Part shown: positions 1 through 11,107 of the stretch, piece after piece
Position numbering within the stretch: the first letter of the stretch is position 1
How the letters are laid out: each line of letters starts with the position of its first letter
Notes under the pieces: model-generated
The model's database searches: none
Told to the model about the DNA's origin: nothing
What the model saw: only the letters and a program-made list of their open reading frames with translations
Origin: Lepidodermella squamata
Lineage: Eukaryota > Animalia > Gastrotricha
Length of the DNA stretch: 64,000 nucleotides
Assembly: GCA_047495785.1 (NCBI GenBank)
Contig: JBLDXI010000002.1
Span: forward strand, 2,542,001-2,606,000
Direction: 5' to 3'
Made by a program: the position numbers and the translations under genes

Positions 1-11
1 TGCTCAATTTT

Positions 12-3000
12 ATGGCTAATACAGCAAACCTGGCAGATTTAGCTCACCGCGAGTACCAAGCCGGGAATTACGAAAGAGCGGAGCATTATTGCCTTCGCTT
101 GTGGCAACAAGAACCCGATAACACAGCTGCTCTACTATTGCTAGCTTCAATTCATTTTCAAGCTGGCGAACTCGACAAATCTTCACACTACAGCCAGTTG
201 GCGATTCGGTTGGATCCAATGTTAGCAGAAGCCTACAGCAATTTGGGCAATGTTCATAAACAGCGCGGACAGTTGGTCGACGCATTGCGAAACTATCAAA
301 ACGCCGTTCGTTTAAAGCCAAATTTTGTGGACGGCTACTTGAATATGGCAGCTGCCATGGTGGCTGCCGGAGACCTGGAACAAGCGATTCAAGCATATAT
401 CACAGTCTTAACAATCAATCCAGTGAGTTTAAATTCAAATGAGTTCGATTGATTTTTATATTTCTGTGCGATATATTTCAGGATCTATATTGCGTTCGAA
501 GTGATTTGGGGAATTTATTCAAGGCCCTTGGAAAGCTCGATGAAGCCAAGGTTTGTTGTGTTTCTCATCTTATTTTATGTATAGGCCACTAACATAGCTT
601 CACTATTTATGATTTCCTATATGGTTACGGCTTGAAAGATATATGAGATCACTTAATAACATGTTTATTTTGATGCTTTTCTTCACACCAACAACAGGCA
701 TCAGCTCGAGTATCAAGTTGTTATCTATTGACTACGTAGAAAATACCCAGAAACTCGAGCTGTTTCACGGGGGCTTGAAATTGCAAAATTTGTGGGTTTC
801 TAATTTCTTTCTTCAAAGAAATTCATGATGTGTTAAACGGCTTGGGTTCTATGTATAAATGAAGTCAAAGTGGAGGTGATGCCCGCTTCCTACTCGATGC
901 CGAGCCACGCGCAATCTCTTCTCGCCTGGAAAGGTTTAAATTGATTCTTTCTGCCTGAAGGTAAGGCGGCGGTCTCAATCACTACCACGCTGATTGTATG
1001 TTTGCTGTTGATATCATACACATAACGGCTTGCGATTTTGATCCGCTATACCCAATCTCAAAAAACTTGAAATCTGGATCAACTTGAAGAATTTTACATT
1101 TTCCTGCAATTTGACGTGATTACCCCGACCATACGTTATGGAACCATCTTTGCAATGTTTGAACGAGTCGCGAAATCAGTCCAATCAATTGTAAATGAAC
1201 CTAATTTTACGTGTGATGTTCGAAATTGGACTGGAGACGTGACATAGTGTGGAGTTCTTCGCAAAGATTTGAATGGCTGTTATTCAAATATAAGTGAATC
1301 AGCCAAATTTATTGCGACGAGTTTCACTGAATTTTTCTGCAAAAGTGGTTTTACAACGTTGAAGGCGCCGTTAAAATCGCATGCAATTGTCTAATAATTC
1401 CATTTCAGGAGCTGGTGTGATATTGAGAACTTGACATTAATATTGTTTTTATTGCGGCTGATCCAGGCTTGTTACGTGAAAGCTATCGAATCTCAGCCGA
1501 CGTTTGCTGTCGCCTGGTCAAATCTGGGTTGCATTTTCAACGCCCAGGGCGAAATTTGGCTAGCGATCCATCATTTTGAAAAAGCCGTCCAGCTCGACCC
1601 GTCTTTCGTCGACGCCCACATCAACCTCGCGAACGTCCTTAAGGAGGCTCGAATTCTCGACCGAGCAGCTACTGCCTATGTCAGAGCGTTACAGTTGTGC
1701 CCGAATAATGCTGTTGTACTCGGAAACCTGGCCTGCGTGTATTACGAGCAGGGCCACATTGAATTAGCCGTTGAAACTTACAGAAGGGCGATAGAATTAC
1801 AGCCTAATTTTCCTGACGCCTACTGCAACTTGGCGAATGCTTTGAAGGAACAAGGACGGGTGGCTGATGCTGAAAGGTGTTACGAAACTGCTTTACGGCT
1901 ATCCCCAGGTCACGCGGATTCACTCAAGTATGAATGATTAAAATTAAAAAATTTTAAGGCGGAATTTTATATTTTTTTCAGTAATCTTGCCAATATCCGT
2001 CGTGAACAAGGCATGCTGGATGAAGCAGCTCGTTTGTATCGGAGAGCTTTGGAGTCTTGCCCTCATTTTGCGGCGGCTCACTCGAATTTGGGCAGTTTAC
2101 TACATATGCAGGGCCGTCTGGATGAAGCGCTTGTTCATTACCGCGAGGCGATTCGTATCGCGCCAACATTTGCTGATGCCTACTCAAACATGGGTAATAC
2201 CCTGAAGGAAATGGGCGATGCGGCCGGGGCGCTACAATGCTACATACGTGCGATCAGTATTAACCCATCATTCGCCGATGCTCATTCTAATTTGGCGAGT
2301 GTTCACAAAGATTGCGGCCAGATTCAGGAGGCTGTCGTCGCCTACCGCACTGCCCTTCGCCTGCGACCTGATTTTCCCGATGCGTATTGTAATTTAGCGC
2401 ATTGCCTTCAGATGATTTGCGAGTGGTCTGACTATCAAGACCGGATGCGACGAGTTGCGACTATTGTGAAAGAGCAGCTTGAACGCGGCCGGCAACCGTC
2501 AGTTCATCCTCATCACTCGATGTTGTACCCTCTGTTAACCCATGAGCAGCGGAGAAAGATAGCCGCAAGTCACGCTCAGTTGTGCCTCGACCGGGTCGCC
2601 CCGCTTCGAGCGCTTTTTCAGCCAAAACCTGAGATTATTTCCTCGAGTAACGGACAGCGGCTGAGAATCGGCTATGTCTCGTCAGACTTTGGAAATCACC
2701 CAACTTCACACCTTGTTCAGTCAGTTTTCTTCAACCACGACCGCTCGAGGGTTGAGGCGTTCTGTTACGCGTTGAATGGCGACGACGGCACAGCTTTTCG
2801 CTCGAATATCACCCAGGAGGTTGAGCATTTCGTCGACCTGAGCGCCCCGGCTTTCACCTGCCCCCGCCGGGCGGCCGAACGAATTGCGGCTGATGGTATT
2901 CAAATCCTCCTTAATCTAAACGGCTACACTAAAGGCGCCAGAAACGAGATATTCGCCTTGAAACCAGCCCCGATACAAGCGTTATGGCTTGGCTATCCGG

Positions 3001-4686
3001 GTACCAGTGGCGCGTCATTTATCGACTATTTAATTACTGATACGATAACATCGCCGCCAAATGAGCCAAGTTCGGATGAGCAGTACTCGGAGAAATTGGC
3101 TTTTATGAGTTCTACGTTTTTCGTCGGTGACCACATGCGAATGTTTCCGCACCTTCGTAATCGATTGGATGTGACTTTTGTCATAAATCAGGCCGACCCG
3201 GCCGTCTCTACGTCACTCACCGTTGTATTCAATAGCTGTAATATCGACACGATAGTTCGTGCAGTTGTTGCCGATGTTTCTCGCTTGAGTGGAGTTGCCC
3301 CGGTCCCAGTTGCCGTTACCTCGGCTAGTAATATCCCGGAGCCCGTTGTTTGCCAATGGTTTTCAGCCAGGATCGAATGCCCGCCCGGGTCGTTTCAACA
3401 CCCTATTGTTTCTATGCTTCAAAACGGGCAGCCTCATGTGTTATGGAACGGCGTGCTTGTGATAAATGGTCTTCACTTAGCCGCATTGAGGCCTCGAGTC
3501 GGGTCGGGCGAAGAACCGTTCCCCCACAGTGCCTGTGTCCCCAATTCGAGCCCGGCTCAAAGTGATGAGAAAAGCGATTTCTCGCAACTGACCTACCCAC
3601 TAGCCGTAGCAACTGCACGTTGTCAGTACGGTTTCCGCGAAACTGGACCGATTCTCGGCAACTTCAACCAGCTGTATAAACTAGACCCGGAAACTTTTTC
3701 AAGTTGGATGCGAATATTGCGTCAAGCTCCCACTGCCATGCTTTGGTTGTTGCGTTTCCCGGCTGCTGGGGAGCAGAACGTCCTGCTGGCCGCTGATCGC
3801 GAACAGCAGCAAGCCGACTTTCAATCGAACAAAATCACTATCCCAAATGATTTATTAAGGAGGAGAGTTATCTTAACGAACGTTGCGACTAAGGAAGAGC
3901 ACGTTCGACGCGGCCAGTTGGTCGATGTTGGTCTAGACACTCCTTTGTGTAACGGCCATACTACGGTAATTTTTATGAAAAAATGTGAAAAATTAAAAAA
4001 ACCCACCTTAATTTTTTCAGAGTGCTGATTTGCTATGGACCGCCGCTCCTATTGTTACGCTGCCCTTGGAGACATTCGCGAGTCGGGTAGCTGCCAGTCA
4101 ACTCGCGGCTCTCGGAGTCGGAACTGAGTTGACGGCGATTGATCGAAATAATTACGAACAAATCGCGATTAATTTGGCGACAAATTCGTCATTGCGGCAG
4201 CAGTTCCGCACCAAGATCTGGGCCGCGCGGATTAGGTCGCCGCTATTTCGAGTAGATTTATACGCAAAAGACCTGGAGGATGTGCTGGCGAAAATGTGGC
4301 AAGCGCACGAAGACCAGAATAAACATTCTCCAGTCCCTGCTCAACCACAACAGCAGCAACAACTGCATCCTCACCACTCGTCTTCAGTCGAAATTCAGTT
4401 GAGGCAACCCAGTAGTAATAATCCGGTGCAACAAGCTGCGGTAGAACCCGACCACTCATCCGCTCACAACTTAGCAGAAGATCATCGAATTCGTAACCCG
4501 GGCCACGCGTTCAGTTCGGTCGCTGTTAGTCGTAGCTCTCTTCGCTCGACGGTTTCAGCCTCGTCTGCCTCGACCGTCCAGCCGGCTGGTTCGTTGAGCA
4601 ACAGCCCTGGGCGGTTGGTGAATAACCACAACACGCACGACTACTACTCGTCACACACGCTCGATACAAACATTGGCTCGCACTAA
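12..4686 (+). CDS. OGT: O-GlcNAc transferase (TPR repeats + GT41 catalytic domain), 5 coding exons: 12-422, 482-550, 1467-1927, 1982-3965, 4021-4686
   Basis: The spliced translation matches animal OGT: [108 protein letters not shown]. All four GT..AG junctions keep frame. Confidence 0.97.
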
Positions 4687-5076
4687 AGGTGGCGGCTGAC
4701 TCTTCTTCTGCTTCAAAAAATTATAGTTATTTTTCTGAAAAAATTGAGTGTGAAATTACAGTTTTTTACAGTCGTGTTACTTCCTCGACACTGAGTGGGT
4801 GGCTTTGCGGTTTCTTCTTTTCTTTATCTCGCTCTCTTTGTACGGTGTTTCAGAAGCATTGTCGGCGAGCTCGCGCTTCTTTCGATTATTTGATGAGATG
4901 ATGATACAAGTAATTATTGTTGTTTTTGGTTTTAAACTCGCGCAAAACATCGAGTGTTATATATATTTGATGGTGAACACACACTGCTTTGATGAAATAA
5001 AAATGGGTATAGCTGTAAAATAAATTATTTCGCGAATATAATGTTGAAATAGAAGTTAATTAACGAAAACCGAACA

Positions 5077-7797
5077 ATGGCGTCTGCTGCAGCGCTCTCC
5101 GTGGAGCTGCTGCTCAGTGATATCAAAAGAGTAAGGAAAATGAGACGCCCGTGCGGTAATTGCTTCATTCTACACTAGGAAATGACGTGCACCGTCTGCC
5201 GGCATTTGTTCGAGGAGCCGAAAATTTTGCCGCAATGTGGACATACGTTTTGCGAAATTTGTGTCCACGACTTGGTGAAAACGCAAGAAGATGGCGTTAA
5301 GATAGTGAACTGTCCGAGTTGCCTTTGCAGGAATCAAATTTCAGGAAGTAAAATTTGATCAAATTTTATTCGAATATCTGATTTTTCGATTCTGCATGAA
5401 GATCTCGCTCCCGATTTGAAATCAGCACAATGCGTCGGAATGATCAAGATGAGCTGTGCCAACTCTGCTGATGATGTTAAAAAATCGGATATCCAGAGAT
5501 TTCAGACGGTAAACTTTCACTATTTCGTGTTAACTACAAGCTTGAAAATCGTTTGATTGATAAGTTCATGGATTCGAAATCGTTTTTTGAAGAGAGATTG
5601 CAGGACAGTGCCGACCGAGCTAGATTCGAAATCGCTGATCTTGCTTTTGAATTGAAGTCGTTTTTCAATAATCTGGTCGATGAGAAAACCAGCGAACTGA
5701 CCCATCACTTGGACCAGCTTTTATCTGTCAATCAAGAAAGTTTTCTTAGGGAGGACGATCCAGATGATGGCCAGACTTCATTAGCAACAGTACCTATTTA
5801 TATTTTCTGATTAATTAGAATCTTCTTTGATGTTTCAGCTTATAGAAAGGATGACTATCGAGGCTAAGGAAATAAAAGAAAATGATAACGTTAGACCCTC
5901 GACCCTTCTAGCCTTCCATGACAATGTTGCAGCTCTGAAGAAGGTTTAGCGAATTTTTTTCCAAGGTGTAAAAAATTGAATTTTGCTATTTTGAAGATAT
6001 TAGCCTCTCCGAAGGTTTTGCCCCAGGCACTTGTGTACCTACGTGATGGTTGCTTGAAGGAGAGACTTGAGGAACTCCTCCAACTTGGCCTTGGACATTT
6101 TCAAACTGATCTCGATAATGGCGATTTCGTAATCTCCTATGCTCTCTCATTTCTCATACAATTTTTCGATTTTCAGATTTCCAAACCGTATCGGTCTACG
6201 CATTTAGTTCGCTGTGCATTCGTTAACCTTCCGAAGAAAGACGAAGCGCCATCATCCGAGGAGCAAAATTCAAAGAAGCCAAATCGAAAGCCGGGTGAAG
6301 ACTACCTAAACCCTTGCAACGTTTGGGACTTTCCCGGCTCAACTTCAATACTGGCCTTGCATTCGCCGGAAGGAATTACAACCGGCTATCAATACCTAAT
6401 GGTTGGGTTTAGAATTAAAATGACTGAAACGTATTTTTCTGATACTTCAGTTAGTCGATGCCGCGAGCCATACATGGCTTGCTTCTATCACACTTTTCGA
6501 TTCCGCCGAAGTGGACAAATTGAAATTGGACACACCCGAAATCGAAGAGGCAGAGAAGGCTTACGCGTTATCGATTAGTGTCTTGACTACCTCTTCAGAT
6601 GGCTCCGTGTATTTCGTCGACGAAGCTAAAGATTTTCAGATTTTTACGTTCAAAATTGATTTCAACAACACTGGGAAGCATTTGAAAGTCGTACCTGAGG
6701 TGTTTGCCGCTCTTGATGATTTTGAAGAGAAGAAAGAGGAAAATGGAGGCCAATATTTTGGCGGGATTTCTTTTGAAGAAAATCGCAAAGAAATATGGGC
6801 GTCGGTGAACAATTTTTGCAAGGACGTGAAGCGAGAAAGTTGGCTCTACTGCTATTCGGACAGTAAAGAACTGAAATTGCGGGTTGAATTGCCGTTCAAT
6901 TCGCCGGATGTTATCGCTGTTCATCGCCAGTCCAGGGATTCTGATCCTTTAGTAGCGATTTCGGTATTCGGAGGAGACTCAGTTCCTTGCCTGCTAGCCT
7001 GTGGCCAAATTTCAGGCGATCAAGTTGAGGAATTGAAGTATATTCAGCCTCGCCATTCCGGTGACGAAAAAACCATTCGAGATCCGTTAGCTTTACAGCA
7101 CATTCGAAATCTAAGGTTCGACCCGGCTGGGAATCTGCTGGTTCTTCATAACTGCGGTCCTTGCGATTCCCGTATAGAGGTCAGCTTTGCAATTTCCCGA
7201 ATTATTAATTAATTCCGGGATTTTTCAGGTTTACACCAGCCCAGACTTCACGTTGTCCGGATTCATTCCCAGATCAAACACCCTGTTTTCGACTGTTCTA
7301 GGGGGTAATTTTATGATCTTCGATAATATGATTTTCTAGTTATTTTCTGATTTTTTTTAGAATCTGGGGATTTGATCCAAATGAACGGAATCGCTCTAAT
7401 AAAAAATGATAGGAACCAGATTGATCTTCCTCGATTTGCTCACGGATCTTACAACTATTGCGCGTCTGGCGACGGTCAAACCGTGCTTGAAATTCTAAAA
7501 ACAAACTACAGGGAAGAGTCTGACTACGACGAAATGGAGCTGGAAACTGCTTCGGACGGCAGCTATTTGGAAGATACTGACGAGGGCAGCCTAGACGAAG
7601 AAAACCCGAATCCGAGCAGTGAAGATGCTCAAATGGAAATTGAAGCGGAAAATGAAAGCGATAGCGACGAATCGATAGCCGAGCTACTAGACCCGCAGAC
7701 ACATGGCCTATGGGATCTTACGGCCTTCGTCACAGATTTCACTCGCAACCCTGTCGTTATTGTTGCTCGCGGTGATAGGCTGCTGTATTTCAGCTGA
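5077..7797 (+). CDS. RING (C3HC4) + coiled-coil + NHL-like beta-propeller protein, TRIM-NHL-like paralog A (~10 exons)
   Basis: ATG 5077, intron 5131-5178, then CTVC..FEEPKILPQCGHTFCEIC..CPSC. A helical region follows, then beta-rich repeats including QHIRNLRFDPAGNLLVLHNC..DSRIEV, an acidic loop and terminal LLYFS*. Confidence 0.8.
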
Positions 7798-8006
7798 ACC
7801 TTACTAAAATTTCATGTTATCCCGTTTTTAATAAATGACCTTTGTCACAGCAGAAATGAGTCGTTTTTAAACGCGTGCTTGCAAGCTGCTGCAAACTGAA
7901 AAGCGAAAACTGAAATAAAATTCTACATCTTTGACCAATTTTATTTTAACAATATTGTAGACGTGCTTAAATTTTTGTTGCTTATACCTAATTTTTCTAC
8001 CTAAAA

Positions 8007-10956
8007 ATGACAACTTGCCTGACCACTGAATTGTTATTGAGCGATATCAAACGCGAGCTGACCTGCGATATTTGCTCTCAGTTGTTCGAAGACCCGAAAA
8101 CTCTACCCAGCTGTCGGCATACATTTTGCGAAAAGTGCATCAAAAGCTCGACGAAAGTATGCAACGATGAAGAACCAGAATTTGCCTGCCCAAGCTGCAA
8201 TGCCGTGAACAAAATCAAGCTGAATAGTATTTGATTTCAAAATGAAGAAATCTTTGAAATATATTTCGTCATTTTTTAGGCCTAGTTTGTGATCCTGTTA
8301 TCGCGAGGTGCGTCGGAATGCTGAAATTGAACGAGAATGCGACAGCTGACAAAATTAAATCAGGCGATATAGCAAAATTTAAGGAGGTTCGATCGAAAAA
8401 AATATTTTTTTTAGAAAATTTCGAACTTTCATTAATTAGTTCATGGAAATGAAAACGCTCTACGACAGTAAGTTGGACGACAGTGCTGCTGCCGCTAAGC
8501 GTGAAATTCTGAAGCGAGCCGCTGATCTGACTCACTATTTTGGAACTTTGATTGCCGAAAAGGCGGATGATCTATGCGCCGAGGTCGATAAAACTCTGGC
8601 CGCCAATCGTAACAAAATTCTAGAGGACAAAAATTGCAAAGGCTCGGAAGAATTTCTCAAGGTATTAAAAATGATGTTTTTTCGTAAAATTTGAATCAAA
8701 ATTGTATTAAAGCTGCTCGAGAAAATGGCTGATGAGGTTGAAGAAATAAGCGGGGCTGAAGTTACCAAGCCGTCCTTGCTCCTGTCTTTCCACGAAGACG
8801 TAGCTCTGTTGGACAAAAAGGTTCATTTTCTTTTAAAATTTGATCGCGCTACTATCAACTTTTCGGACAATTTTAGAGGTCTGAGATGCCTGAAGTTCTT
8901 CCGAGTAGCATTACTTTCCAGCCTGATGGGGACTTTGATCGAAAGGTTCGGGAAATTTTCGACTGGAACTTTGGTCTCGTCAACGTTGCCCTCGATGATA
9001 ATAATATGGTCGGTTTCATTTTCAATTGAAATGATTAATTCAATTTTTTTAACTATAGATTTCTCCTCTCTACTCGGCGTTGGACCTTATCGACGAGATT
9101 TTTATCAAAACTTTGGAGGAAGGAGTTGAGGAAAAAGCAACTGATGGCCAGATATCGTTTGGCAATGCTAAATGCCACGATATCACAAGTGTCTGGGCTA
9201 TTCCCGATACTCATATGATCCTCGCTTCTGCTTCGGGAAGCAAAGGATTACTGGTAAGATATAATTAGAAAAAGATTCAGTAAAACAGAGCGAAAATGTT
9301 ATTTTTCGTAGACTTAATTGTTGAAATTGTTTAAATAATTGTTTCAAGACTTCTGATATCGAAAAAATCACTTATTTGTAAAATCGATACTTGAAATCGA
9401 TATCGGCCTTGTTGGTCGAAGTATAAGTCGTAAACCGACCGTTCAGAGCGCAAAATGCGAGTAATAGTAGGATCTAAGGAAAATACTGAACTCGGAAAAA
9501 ATTCTGAGGGAATATATTGAATAGATTCTCAAAGTTGAGGCCAGAATCCTAAATCCCTCAAAAAGTTGATAATTGGCCATTTGAATTTTATTTTTGGGAT
9601 TTTTTATTTCATCAAATATCAATTTTATTATCGGCAGGTTTTCGACGTGAAAAATGAGTCCTTGCTGGCAGAAATCGAGCTGCGTAATCCTCTGAGCGAT
9701 CAAAATTCGCAACCCCTTCAAAAGTCCGCAAAAGGAGACGATTCAGAGAAAGATAAATGCGAGGACAAAAAGGCATCTATCAAAGAAGATTCAACCTTGA
9801 CCATTGATGACCTAGTGGTGACCTCAGACGGCCAAGTTTTCTTCATCGATGAAACTTTCGACTCGATAATCTTCACTTTCGATCTTGATTTCACGTCTAT
9901 CGAGGAGAGAATTATGATCATCACGCCGAAAGTTTTCGTTAAGCTGGCACGTGGTGATGAAAACGACACATCTGCGTGGAATTTCTTCACCGGGATCGGT
10001 TTAGACGAATCGCGAGGTGAAATTTGGGCCAGTGTCAAGAAATGCAACGGCTCCAACGGCTGGCTGTACCGGTTTTCGATGGCATCTGGTAAAATGTTAA
10101 CCGGCATCCAATTACCGTTCGCCCAACCCGATGTTTTCGCGATCCACCGCGATCCGATCAATTCTGACCATGCCTTGATCGCGATTTCAGTCGTCGATGA
10201 CGAAAAGCCGACTTCGTGCTCAATCGCTACTGGAATTGTGTCGGAACAGGGTATTTCAGAGCTGAAATACTTGCAACCTCGTCATCACGGGCTAGCCGCT
10301 AGTAACCCGTCGGGCTTTCTAGAGCTCTACCAACACGTGAAAACACTGAAATTTGATTCATATGGAAATTTGTTGGTCCTGCATCAGTGCGGTCCATTCG
10401 ACAGCCGCATTGAAGTGGGTAGCACTTACCATTTTTAATTTCAAAAATTATTTTAATTTTTTTAGATTTATGCTTCCGAATCGTTCGCGTTCAGAGGATT
10501 TATTCCGAAATTTAATGATAATTTAGTGAAATCGAGTGAGTTTTTTTTCAAAATGGTTTTCTCAACCTTAAAACTTTTTTCATAGTTTACTCGCGATCTG
10601 TTACATTGAAGGGTATTGCCGTTTTGAGTGCTGATGCCATCGATTTTTCTCGTCGATTTTCGTATACCAACCCTCGACTTGTCGGCCGAATTACTGCCCC
10701 TAGTAAAGTTGAACTTGTCGAGATGAATTCGATCGACGACCGCGAAGCTTCGGAAGACGAAGCCGACAGCGATTCGGGAGACTGTTGTGAAACCACTGAA
10801 ACTGAACCCAGTTGTAGCAGCGCGGCCGCTGAATCAGAAGAGACTGACGAAGGAACGGCCGAGTCCTCCGAAGCTCAACCGATTGACCAAATTGATAAAG
10901 GAAACAGCGCTCTTGTGATTATCGCATCATCAGGCGCACTTTTGTATTTCAGCTAA
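8007..10956 (+). CDS. RING + coiled-coil + NHL-like propeller protein, paralog B
   Basis: CDIC..FEDPKTLPSCRHTFCEKC..CPSC; QHVKTLKFDSYGNLLVLHQCGPFDSRIEV; acidic loop; ends LLYFS*. Exon structure is colinear with paralog A, with one longer intron (~9254-9637). Confidence 0.8.
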
Positions 10957-11107
10957 ATGCTTTCGAAAATGACTGATCTTGAAAAATCAAATTTTATCTG
11001 AAATTTGCTCAAATTGTTATAAGCCACATTCTTTGTTTCAAATTTCACGCATGAAGACATAAAGATTCAACCCCGACGAAATTGTCATGATTTTTAGAAA
11101 TTTAGAA

